From Bdellovibrionota bacterium (GTDB lineage: Bacteria; Bdellovibrionota; UBA1018; UBA923), in assembly GCA_040754655.1 (NCBI GenBank), contig JBFMCE010000015.1, forward strand, positions 1-45,399: 45,399 bases of DNA, given 5' to 3'. Position 1 is the stretch's first letter, and each line of letters opens with the position of its first letter. Of the stretch, positions 17,339 to 26,018 are shown one piece after another. The notes under the pieces were generated by a model. It did not search any database, was not told where the DNA came from, and was given only the letters and a program-made list of their open reading frames with translations. The position numbers and the translations under genes were made by a program.

Positions 17339-18871
17339 ATGAGTACACGGATTTTAGTGGTAGACGACGAAGAATCCATCCGCAAACTCTTGCAGGCGAG
17401 GTTTACCCGTGAGGGATGGCAGGTGGAAACCGCGGATGACGGCAAACGCGGGCTTGAGACCGCTGAGCGATTTTCTCCCACGGTCATACTCACTGACATC
17501 AAGATGCCGGGCCTTGACGGGTTTCAATTAGTTGATGCCCTTCACTCGCGAGGGATCGAGTGCCCGATCATCATGATCACCGGCCATGGCGAAAAAGAAT
17601 GCGCGATCCAAGCCATACACAAGGGCGCGTTTGATTACCTTGAAAAACCCTTTGATATGGACGAAATCGTTTTAGTGACAAAACGCGCGATCGAGCGGGA
17701 AAATCTGCGCCAATCGAACTTGAAGCTCGTTGACGATCTTGATGCCGCCAACAAGAAACTCAGCACCCAACTGGAAGTGAAGAGCCAACTTCTGGAGCGG
17801 GTGGTGCCTACCAGCGTTGAAGATTTGCTGGTCGGAACTTCCGAGCATTTGAGCAACGTCAAGGCGATGGCGCGCACGGTGGCTGAGAGTTTCACTGGCC
17901 ATAACGATCCGGTGGTTTTGATCACGGGCGAGAGCGGAGTAGGTAAGGAAATGGTCGCAAGGTATATGCATGCCGTGACTTTTCCCAAAGACAAACCATT
18001 TGTAGCGATCAACTGCGCGGCGTTTCCAGACAATCTTCTTGAAAGCGAGCTCTTTGGTTATGAAAAGGGGGCTTTCACTGGCGCGGTGACGAGAAAGCTG
18101 GGGCTCTTTGAACTAGCCAACGGTGGCACGCTCTTCATGGATGAAATTGGCGAGATGGACCTGAAGATGCAAGCCAAACTCTTGCGGGTCTTGCAAGAGC
18201 GGGTGATTCGAAGGCTCGGAGGCACCGTGGACATTTCGGTACGACCTCACATCATAGCAGCAACCAATCGTAACTTGGCTAAGGCGGTTAGCGAGCAAAC
18301 CTTTCGTGAAGATCTCTATTATCGTTTGAACACCTTGCCTGTCGCTGTCGCGCCGCTGCGCAGCAGGCCAGAAGACATTGAGGTGCTCGCTCAATATTTT
18401 CTCAAGAAAGTTTCTGCCGGTCGCGGGAAGCAGTTCACAGGTTTTTCGCCCAATGCCCTTCGCGCGTTGGCAACTTACCGTTGGCCCGGAAATGTGCGGG
18501 AACTGCGAAGCGTGATCGAACGCGCTGTGATTCTCGAGAAGGGCCCGATGCTTGAGCTTTCTCATCTGAGGCAGGAACATCTTCATGCTACGAAACTGGC
18601 CGAGCCAGTCGCTCCTTTGGTTGAAGAAGCGCCGGCGACAAGCGGCGTCGTCTTGAGTTTTCCGCAGATCGTTAATCAGAGCCTTTCCGACTTGCGGAAA
18701 GAGATGGACGAGCGTCTCACGCGTCAAATCCTCATGCAAAGCCTTACACGTGAGCGTGGCAACGTATCGGCGGTTGCTCGTTCGCTGAAGCTTGACCGTG
18801 CCAATTTGCTGCGCATGCTTAAGCGGTTCACAATTGACCCGGAATTGTTTCGTAACAAGGCGGCCGGGTAA
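17339..18871 (+). CDS. Sigma54-dependent NtrC-family response regulator
   Basis: Receiver (VVDDE, TDIKMP), GESGVGKE, ESELFGYEKGAFTGA, FREDLYYRL, WPGNVREL, Fis-type HTH. Confidence 0.96.
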   Translation: MSTRILVVDDEESIRKLLQARFTREGWQVETADDGKRGLETAERFSPTVILTDIKMPGLDGFQLVDALHSRGIECPIIMITGHGEKECAIQAIHKGAFDYLEKPFDMDEIVLVTKRAIERENLRQSNLKLVDDLDAANKKLSTQLEVKSQLLERVVPTSVEDLLVGTSEHLSNVKAMARTVAESFTGHNDPVVLITGESGVGKEMVARYMHAVTFPKDKPFVAINCAAFPDNLLESELFGYEKGAFTGAVTRKLGLFELANGGTLFMDEIGEMDLKMQAKLLRVLQERVIRRLGGTVDISVRPHIIAATNRNLAKAVSEQTFREDLYYRLNTLPVAVAPLRSRPEDIEVLAQYFLKKVSAGRGKQFTGFSPNALRALATYRWPGNVRELRSVIERAVILEKGPMLELSHLRQEHLHATKLAEPVAPLVEEAPATSGVVLSFPQIVNQSLSDLRKEMDERLTRQILMQSLTRERGNVSAVARSLKLDRANLLRMLKRFTIDPELFRNKAAG

Positions 18872-18918
18872 ATAGATATTGTTTTGACCGCGCCAGGATG
18901 GTCGGCTAAGTTCTGAGC

Positions 18919-19527
18919 ATGAGCAATGCCTTAGCCAACGACCGCGAAGAATGCCGGCATGATCTGGTAGTTGAAATGCTTCGTATCGCGCGTCACGACT
19001 TCAAGACCCCTTTGACCTCGCTTCGCATGCTTGCCCAGATGTTCCAGCTTAGCCTTGAAAAAGGCACGCTGTCCGCGAATCCTGAGCGCACGGCCCGGAA
19101 TTGCCAGCTAATGGTCGATCAGGTCGACAAACTGGTCGCTCTGGCGGATATCCTGTCTGATGTCGCGCTTATTGAGAGCGGGCACTTCAATCTCAATAAA
19201 ATACGTTGCGACCTTCGACCGATCATAGAGGACTCGCTGGGCCCCGAGAACGGAGTCGAGATTAGGCTCCCGGCGGAAGTTGTCGAAGGAGCCTGGGATG
19301 TCGCTAGGTTGGGGCAATCTCTGAAATATTTGATTTCGTGCTTTGCGCCGAAGCAAGTGAAGATAAAGAAGGAAGACGGGGTGGCTCGGATAGTGTTTTC
19401 TCCGGTGCCAGAGGTTTCTGATTTTTATAAGCCCTCGGCAAAACTACATATCTCACGTTACGTGATCGAAGCGCATGGCGGAAAGATCGAGGAGTCGGGG
19501 GAGATCACGTTGCCGGTTTCTAAATGA
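18919..19527 (+). CDS. Sensorless histidine kinase-like protein with degenerate ATPase domain
   Basis: RHDFKTPLT H-box; WD..RLGQ and VIEAHGGKI remnants but no N, G1 or G2 boxes. Confidence 0.75.
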   Translation: MSNALANDREECRHDLVVEMLRIARHDFKTPLTSLRMLAQMFQLSLEKGTLSANPERTARNCQLMVDQVDKLVALADILSDVALIESGHFNLNKIRCDLRPIIEDSLGPENGVEIRLPAEVVEGAWDVARLGQSLKYLISCFAPKQVKIKKEDGVARIVFSPVPEVSDFYKPSAKLHISRYVIEAHGGKIEESGEITLPVSK

Positions 19528-19528
19528 A

Positions 19529-21067
19529 TCAAGGATCGATGAAAACGGGATCTACGTTTTCGATGTCGACCCAATAGAGGATCTCTTTCTTTACAGGCAT
19601 GCGCCCAGTTTCCGTTTCTTGGATCTCTGTAACGGTTTCAACAATCGGAATGCCTCGACCCGGTTTAGACTTCGGAAAAATAAAGTTCGAATCCTTTGCG
19701 TCCAGCCCAGCGTCGTCGTAAAAGGCATTTCTGCCCGGATCGAAGTAAAGTTGCAGTTCTTGGCTATATTTCAGCGGGCTATCTTCTGTGGCAACGTTCG
19801 CCCATGTGCCTGGATCTACTTGCCACATCTTGTGGGTGAGAGGATGCTGGATCAAGAAACCCGTTTCTGTTTTTTTTGATCGCCACGGCCGCTTTACTTG
19901 AAGGTCATGGCTTTTGGATACTTGTCTGTATTTAGGGTGCAAGGATTCGATTTTATCGAGAAAGGCTTTGAGACGAGGGAATTTCCCGTTTCTGAAGTCA
20001 TCTCCGTACTTGGCGTAAAAGCTCTTCAGAGAGGGGCCTTCGATGAGTTCGGCGACAATTTTATTCGCAGCGATGTCTTCAGGGGTGCTGTGAATCGCAG
20101 CGACCGGAATACCATCTTCTGGCAACATGCTCGTTACCGCGAGCTCACGGCGTATAAGTTGTTCATTAGCTCCGGAATCAGCGCCTCTATTCTCTTTCAA
20201 GATCTTGATCAGCAAGCCGGGTCTCTTAGGGCTTGTATAAATATGCCGAGTACCTCCTCGAGACGGGGCGGCGAAAGGCAAAAGCATTTCTTGAGCGGTG
20301 TTGCTAGAAGAGACGTCGATGACTCTGGAGGAAGCTTGTGATCGCGAGGAAGGCGGTCTCTTGGTTCTTCCGACATTCTGGATTGCGGTGCCGCTTTCGG
20401 TGCGGTTGGGAGGAAGCGAAAGCTTGAGCTCCGGAATGTTTTTCTCAACCGAGCGTCGGGGGAGCGGCGGCGGCCCGTTCGTATTGGCGCGTTTTGGCAG
20501 AGGCGGCGGTCCGCTGGTAAGTCGTTGTCTAGGCAACGGCGGAGGGCCTGTGCTTCTGTGCATCTCAAATGCAGCTTGCCTGGGAACGGGGGGCTTTTGA
20601 TCCGTGGACGGAATCGGCGGAGCGACCGCGGTCGGACGGGATTGGCGACCAGCTCCTGTCAATGGCGTAAGGTTTGAGGAAGGTTTTTTTTTCGCTATTC
20701 TTTCCATTTGCGAAATATAAATAAATTCTGTTTCTTCGCTTCCACGGTATAAAGTGTTGTCTTCGTCGCCTCGAAGATCGTTGTATATGTTGTCAACAAA
20801 GCCTTCCTCATATCCAGCCTCATCAAGCAACCGCTGAAACGGCTTAGAGGTGTTTGTCGGAGGAGGGGTGGTAGGGCGCGAGGCCTTGTTTTGATCAGAA
20901 GATCTCGCGAAGTTTTCAACTGCTGAACTGACGCTGTTACAGGGGGCCGAGGCTGGGATCGTTCTTCTTTCGTTTGGAGAAGCGTTTGCGGTGCTCAACT
21001 TTGAGGTTGGTACGGCAAAAACAAGTAACACGATCGTACCGACATAGAGGTTCCCTAGTTTACGCAG
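19529..21067 (-). CDS. Probable secreted protein with polyproline repeats and C-terminal protein-kinase-like domain (start uncertain)
   Basis: Open frame to 21373, but signal-peptide-like segment begins near CTG 21067; GGTRHIY...LLIKIL, RRELAV, ELIEGPSL, DAKDSNF, VFID. Confidence 0.6.
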   Translation of the reverse strand: MRKLGNLYVGTIVLLVFAVPTSKLSTANASPNERRTIPASAPCNSVSSAVENFARSSDQNKASRPTTPPPTNTSKPFQRLLDEAGYEEGFVDNIYNDLRGDEDNTLYRGSEETEFIYISQMERIAKKKPSSNLTPLTGAGRQSRPTAVAPPIPSTDQKPPVPRQAAFEMHRSTGPPPLPRQRLTSGPPPLPKRANTNGPPPLPRRSVEKNIPELKLSLPPNRTESGTAIQNVGRTKRPPSSRSQASSRVIDVSSSNTAQEMLLPFAAPSRGGTRHIYTSPKRPGLLIKILKENRGADSGANEQLIRRELAVTSMLPEDGIPVAAIHSTPEDIAANKIVAELIEGPSLKSFYAKYGDDFRNGKFPRLKAFLDKIESLHPKYRQVSKSHDLQVKRPWRSKKTETGFLIQHPLTHKMWQVDPGTWANVATEDSPLKYSQELQLYFDPGRNAFYDDAGLDAKDSNFIFPKSKPGRGIPIVETVTEIQETETGRMPVKKEILYWVDIENVDPVFIDP

Positions 21068-21337
21068 GGCTTCCAGGATCGTTTCTCTAGGATACGTCTT
21101 TTCGCTTGCCACTTTTAACGCCAATCCCCCAACTTCCAATTCTACCAGTGCGTCACGGCGCCCTCGCCTGTGTCTTGGTGACGCAGGTGCAGACTTTTCC
21201 CAATTCAATAAATTCAATTGGTTAGCGACGGCACGAGACGTGAAATAGCTATAGGGTGTGGAACGCAAGAGCATGCAGGGGTCGATCCGAAGGGGACAGC
21301 TCGGGAGTGCTCTAAAAAGTACGGAGGTTATGGAGCC

Positions 21338-22009
21338 ATGAAGATGTCGAAAGAAGCAGGTTCCGCCAGACAAGAAGTGCTGGAAATCGTGGTTGCTGAG
21401 CTTGAACGCAGTCTTGAGGCTATGGAGTCGAATTACCGAAGGGCGGTTTCAAACCTCAATATGCTCAAAGAGCGTGTGGAAATGGATGACCTCACACGGC
21501 TGTTGCGCCGGGGCGTTTTCATGGAAAAACTCCATAACCTTCTTTTTCAATCTGCCCCCAAAGGCCGGGAAGTCTGCCTCATGATGATCGACATCGATCA
21601 TTTCAAGAGGGTGAATGACGGATATGGCCATCAGACCGGAGACGTCGTGTTGGAGCGAGTGAGCGAGTTGATCAAGAGCTATCTGCGGCCAGAAGACTTA
21701 GTGGGCCGTTATGGAGGGGAAGAGATCATCGTGGCGATGCAAATGAGCGCAAGTGAGGCCAATTCAGTTGCCAATCGAATTCGAAGAGCCGTTGAAGCGC
21801 ATCGCATGATCTCGACCAATCACGCTGAATTCAGAGTGACGCTAAGCGTGGGTGTCGCCTCAACCCAAGAGTTCAAGTACGAGGCCGACGTCTTAATTTC
21901 ACATGCCGATAAGGCTCTGTACCGAGCGAAGAAGCTGGGACGAAACCGAGTTGTGAATGCAAAAGATTCATTGAAGGTCATGCTGAGCCTAGAAAGGGCT
22001 GCAGCCTAA
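21338..22009 (+). CDS. Diguanylate cyclase (coiled coil + GGDEF)
   Basis: DDLTRL, MIDIDHFKRVNDGYGH, RPED I-site, RYGGEEI, ADKALYRAK..GRNRV. Confidence 0.93.
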   Translation: MKMSKEAGSARQEVLEIVVAELERSLEAMESNYRRAVSNLNMLKERVEMDDLTRLLRRGVFMEKLHNLLFQSAPKGREVCLMMIDIDHFKRVNDGYGHQTGDVVLERVSELIKSYLRPEDLVGRYGGEEIIVAMQMSASEANSVANRIRRAVEAHRMISTNHAEFRVTLSVGVASTQEFKYEADVLISHADKALYRAKKLGRNRVVNAKDSLKVMLSLERAAA

Positions 22010-22138
22010 AAAATACTTAAGCACATCATGGGGTGTTTGAGAGTTCCCACCGCACCATGGCCCACCATTGAATAGCCTACCTTTTGTTCTTTGGAAGCTC
22101 TTTCGGGGGTTTCTGCGAGAACTATCTTTATACAGATC

Positions 22139-22567
22139 CTACCTAGAAAGGCCGCCCGGATTTTCAACATCCGGTGCGGCTCCCGCATTTTCTTTGCTAA
22201 TGACTTGAGATTTCAATGCCGTGTTGATCGCAGAGAGTGTTGCCATTTTAGGCCGGCATTGTCCTCGTTCAATTCGGCATAAATGAGAGCGCGTAATTCC
22301 TGTAAGTTTGGCGAATTGTTTTTGGGTGAGTTCGAGCTGTTGTCGTTTGATGCGAAGACCTAAACCCAGCACACCCAGTCTGGTTTTTAGGTTGGGTGCC
22401 TGATGAAAAGAAATCTCTCGGGTGAAGTCGCGAACAAATGCATACGAATCCGAGTGGACGATTCTTGAATCAGCAATGTATTGGACCGCTGGGCCAGTGT
22501 ATTGCAAAAGAGTCAGTAACATAGTTCGACGTTCTCGTTTCGAGAGTCTCCCCTGAATGCGAATCAT
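22139..22567 (-). CDS. XRE-family helix-turn-helix protein with unknown N-terminal domain
   Basis: LRIKRQQLELTQKQFAKLTGITRSHLCRIERG...P; start 22567 (ATG) or up to 22675. Confidence 0.75.
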   Translation of the reverse strand: MIRIQGRLSKRERRTMLLTLLQYTGPAVQYIADSRIVHSDSYAFVRDFTREISFHQAPNLKTRLGVLGLGLRIKRQQLELTQKQFAKLTGITRSHLCRIERGQCRPKMATLSAINTALKSQVISKENAGAAPDVENPGGLSR

Positions 22568-22762
22568 TAGATGGAATCCAACGCTATCGATATGCGCCGT
22601 AGAGTAATTATGGCCGTGTTGAAAGTTTGGTTCAGTTTCCTTGTCGTTGCCTGGCATTTCTGTTGACGGTAGCAATTGCTATACCAGGCTGTAGAGAAGA
22701 AGTGTCGTTTTGTATGCCTATTTTTTTGCGCTGATTCTTTAACCGCCTTTGGATTTGAAAAT

Positions 22763-23050
22763 TGTCTCTTATGCAAATGTGCGTTCCCACCGCACTCTAG
22801 ATGAGCTATGTGCAAATGTGCGGTAAGAGCACTTATTATGGACCTTTTACATTTTTTGTCACACACCCGCTTTTTAGAACGGTAAGCGAGTTTCTGACAA
22901 CGGATAAACCGCTTGTACAAATACAGGTTCTGATGCTTGTGCTATTTTTAAAGCACATTTGCATAGTGAATATGTTGTGTGCTTTACGACCGCACATTTG
23001 CATGGGGAGTCGCTCAAGTGCTGCTGAAGCGCACATTTGCATAAGAGACA
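22763..23050. mobile_element. 288-bp MITE-like non-coding element with terminal inverted repeats and 39-bp-periodic subterminal repeats
   Basis: Perfect 26-bp IR 22758-22783 / 23030-23055; TGT...ACA; RTGCAAATGTGC at 22771, 22810 and inverted at 22953, 22992, 23031. The repeats are certain; mobility is inferred. Confidence 0.6.
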
Positions 23051-23172
23051 ATTTTAGAGACCGGTAGAAGGACGATGAATAACAAAAACGGCATTGTGCC
23101 GCCCGTATCAATCCTTAAGCAAATTATCCAAGCTTTTGCCACAGTGTTGCCTATAAGCTATACCTGTGCCCT

Positions 23173-23640
23173 ATGAGCCTTATTAAACTCATGGCTAAAA
23201 CGAAACTTCTGCCTGAATATAAAATACTCGAATGGTATCCGCCGTTTCTTTTCATGGGAGTGAAGATCAAAAGCGTTTCAAGCGACTACCGCAAGCTCCA
23301 TGCGCAATTGCCATTGCGATGGTACGGTAAGAACTTGCACGGCACGATGTTTGGCGGATTTATGGCCGCAGCGTCAGATCCCATCGCCTCTCTTCTTTGC
23401 GGAAAGATCTTTCCGGGGCTTGAAGTGTGGGCTCAAAACCACTGTATTGATTTCTTGCGCCCCGGCCAAGGTACACTCGATCTTAAAGTCGAAGTCACCG
23501 ATTCTGATGTAGCGCAAATACGAGAAGCCTTGAAAACCCAAGGCAAGGTCTCGCATGTTTTTGAGTTTTATTTCACAGACCACTCAGGCGGTAAAATCGC
23601 CCGAGTGCGGAACACCGTTTACCTGCGCGTCAACCGGTAG
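23173..23640 (+). CDS. Hot-dog fold thioesterase-like protein (DUF4442/PaaI type)
   Basis: YPPFLFMG, LRWYGKNLHGTMFGG, DP, IDFLRPG. Confidence 0.85.
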   Translation: MSLIKLMAKTKLLPEYKILEWYPPFLFMGVKIKSVSSDYRKLHAQLPLRWYGKNLHGTMFGGFMAAASDPIASLLCGKIFPGLEVWAQNHCIDFLRPGQGTLDLKVEVTDSDVAQIREALKTQGKVSHVFEFYFTDHSGGKIARVRNTVYLRVNR

Positions 23641-24221
23641 ATTGAAACGGTAAGCGAGACTTTGAGCAGATCGCCGATAATAAACGGTACCACACCCATT
23701 GCGAACGCAGTCTCCCAAGTTGAAACCGTAACGTACTTGAGTTGAATCACGCCTGGCACGAACAAGACGATGCTTGCCGCAAAAGTCATCAGCCAAAGTG
23801 CGATAAACGACTCGCCATGGATGAAGATTTTACCTGACCAGCGCTTGAAAAAACCAAGGGTCCAGGCAGCCAGCACGAATCCAATCAAATATCCGCCCGT
23901 TGGTCCGAGCAGCGCTGCGGTGCCACCGGCGAAAAAAGGCAACCCTAGTACACCACCGCTGATATAAAGAAGCTGCGAAATGGCTCCACCACCAGCTCCT
24001 AGGTGCAAGCCGGCGAGCAAGACTATCGCTGTCTGAAGGGTCATAGGAACAAGAGTGCCAGGCAAAGGGATCTTCACCTGAGCGGCAAGAGCCGTGGCAA
24101 GCGCGTAAAAAACAATCCAAGCGCTTCGAGAAAGAACTTGGCTTGCCGTCGGGGATACTTCGAAAAGTCGTTTTGTCGCGGTCGCTCTCATGGGATCAGA
24201 TCTCCTTGTGATATCGATCAA
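23619..24221 (-). CDS. bioY: Biotin transporter BioY
   Basis: VPMTLQT, GLPFFAGG, GPTGGYLIGF, PFIIGDLLK. Confidence 0.93.
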   Translation of the reverse strand: MIDITRRSDPMRATATKRLFEVSPTASQVLSRSAWIVFYALATALAAQVKIPLPGTLVPMTLQTAIVLLAGLHLGAGGGAISQLLYISGGVLGLPFFAGGTAALLGPTGGYLIGFVLAAWTLGFFKRWSGKIFIHGESFIALWLMTFAASIVLFVPGVIQLKYVTVSTWETAFAMGVVPFIIGDLLKVSLTVSIYRLTRR

Positions 24222-24748
24222 TGGATTTGGACTTCAAGATTCTGAAGCAAGCGTGTCGCCGGGTGAAATCGCGGGTTGATTTTCACAGCTTTCTGCAATT
24301 CCTTGGTTGCCGACAACAACATCTCTTTTTGGATATAAATTCGCCCCAAGTTGTAAAAGGCGTACTCGCGGTGGTCATAACCTTTTAACCGACAAGCTTT
24401 CTTAAGATAAGGGATGGCTTCTTCATACCGATTCTTTTCGGTGAGATAGGCGCCAATATCATTCCAGGCATTTCCAAATTGCGGATTGAGTTGGATGGCT
24501 TTCTTGCATTCTTCGATGGCATGGTCAAGTTCGCCCATCATGCTGAGGCACCATCCTAGAAAGGTGTGAGCTTCAGCCGTGGGACCATTTTCAATGGATT
24601 GAATGTAACATTTCGCAGCAGAATGCAGGTCTCCCTCCATTTGATAAAGGTATCCCATACGGAAATAGTTGTCTTTTGACATCCGTGTGTAAATGCTGCT
24701 CGACATGCCTTGTTTATGCCGTGCCAAGATCGGTAAAGTCAATTCCAA
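24218..24748 (-). CDS. Tetratricopeptide repeat protein
   Basis: PTAEAHTFLGW, AIEECKKAIQLNPQFGNAWNDIGAYL, AFYNLGRIY. Confidence 0.88.
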   Translation of the reverse strand: MELTLPILARHKQGMSSSIYTRMSKDNYFRMGYLYQMEGDLHSAAKCYIQSIENGPTAEAHTFLGWCLSMMGELDHAIEECKKAIQLNPQFGNAWNDIGAYLTEKNRYEEAIPYLKKACRLKGYDHREYAFYNLGRIYIQKEMLLSATKELQKAVKINPRFHPATRLLQNLEVQIH

Positions 24749-24758
24749 ATTGGAAGGG

Positions 24759-26018
24759 TCAACTGCCTGGTCTAAGAGTCCAAAAAGCGTTCCATTGCCG
24801 TAACTTAAGCTCTATCCCAAGCTTTGGTCCTGCTTTAAAACCCTCTTTCATCAGGGCCTTTGAACTGGGCCAAGCCTTCTCTGAATCGGGCTTGCCCGCC
24901 CAACGCAAGCTTTGTTCAATCAGGGCAAGAGCAGTCTCTTTCTCTTTTTCAGTAGGGCCGCGAGCTCTTCGGATAAAAGCTTTTAGCATGTCCATCAAAG
25001 GTTTGTCTTCTCGAGCAAGCTCAACCCAAACGATTGGTTCAACGGTGGTATCGCTCGGCTTCGATTTTGAAAGAGCGTCGCGATAAACCTGCAGAGCTCT
25101 GCCCAAGATCCTTTTTTCAACATTTGAAAGCTTTAACAGCTCGGTCAGACGTTCAACGATCGCTTCAGGCTCCTTGAGGGGATCACCCAGTAGACCAGTT
25201 ACCCCCAATGCGCAAAGCCACTGCAGTGGGGTAGGAGCCCAAGGCAATCGCAGTTGTCGCAAATCCGCAGGAAGGCTGACCCTTCTTACTCCAAAAACTT
25301 GTTCCCAGAGCCCATTTTGAGCGATCGCCTCAAGACCCATGATCGGACGAGTGGTGGTGAAAAGCCGAATCAGTTCTTCTCGCACGCGCTCGCGACTGAT
25401 GGCCTTTAAAAGTGAGGCATGTTTTTTCAGCGCATGAGCCGTGGGACGGTCTATTTTAAAGCCCAACTGCGCTGAGAATCGCACTGCCCGTAAGATCCGC
25501 AATGCGTCTTCCGAGAAACGCTCGCTTGGATCTCCAACGGTACGCAGCAACTTCCCAGTGAGGTCTTTATGACCGCCTACATGGTCTATGATGGTGTTCT
25601 TCTCTGGGTCAAAGTACATCGCGTTTACGGTGAAGTCGCGTCTTGCGACGTCTGACTTTTCATCGCCGGGCTCAACCTTGTCGGGATGCCTTAGATCCGA
25701 GTAGCCAGATTCTTTCCGGAAAATTGCGATATCAATCTGTACCGGCGCATCTTTTGAATTTTCCAAGGGAGGCAGCTTGATGATTCCAAAGGCCGCTCCA
25801 ACTTCAAGGTGTTTTGGGAAGAGTTCTTTGATCTTTTCCAAAGGAGCATTGGTGACTACGTCCCAATCGCGAGCTTGGCGACCCAGAAGCATGTCGCGAG
25901 CGCATCCGCCGGCAAGCCAAGCGGTATAACCCGCGGTTCTTAGGGTTTTGCAGGTTTGCAAAACGGCTTTAGGAATTTGAGGCGCAGGGTTAATCGGGAT
26001 CGACTTCGAGTCCGTCAT
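24759..26018 (-). CDS. cca: CCA tRNA nucleotidyltransferase family protein
   Basis: GGCARD...DWDV, FRKESGYSD.RHP loop, RRDFTVNAM, EDALRILRAVRF, ISRERVREE; start 26018 preferred over 26090. Confidence 0.85.
   Translation of the reverse strand: MTDSKSIPINPAPQIPKAVLQTCKTLRTAGYTAWLAGGCARDMLLGRQARDWDVVTNAPLEKIKELFPKHLEVGAAFGIIKLPPLENSKDAPVQIDIAIFRKESGYSDLRHPDKVEPGDEKSDVARRDFTVNAMYFDPEKNTIIDHVGGHKDLTGKLLRTVGDPSERFSEDALRILRAVRFSAQLGFKIDRPTAHALKKHASLLKAISRERVREELIRLFTTTRPIMGLEAIAQNGLWEQVFGVRRVSLPADLRQLRLPWAPTPLQWLCALGVTGLLGDPLKEPEAIVERLTELLKLSNVEKRILGRALQVYRDALSKSKPSDTTVEPIVWVELAREDKPLMDMLKAFIRRARGPTEKEKETALALIEQSLRWAGKPDSEKAWPSSKALMKEGFKAGPKLGIELKLRQWNAFWTLRPGS

Noticed and set aside
22762..22780. 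End sequence TGTCTCTTATGCAAATGT resembles the Tn5 mosaic end / Nextera adapter (CTGTCTCTTATACACATCT)
   Set aside because: Both ends carry the same substitutions and the variant motif recurs internally with 39-bp phasing, which adapter contamination would not produce; no 9-bp duplication as expected for IS50.
22771..23042. CRISPR or TIGR-type guide array
   Set aside because: Constant part is only 12+4 bp, copies are in two opposed orientations, and no cas or Nop-domain gene is in the window.
22801..23111. ORFs 22801-23067(+), 22836-23111(-) with MQMC repeats, and 22567-22920(-)
   Set aside because: Peptide repeats are a by-product of the 39-bp DNA period; no RBS, and the leftmost unit is followed by a stop.
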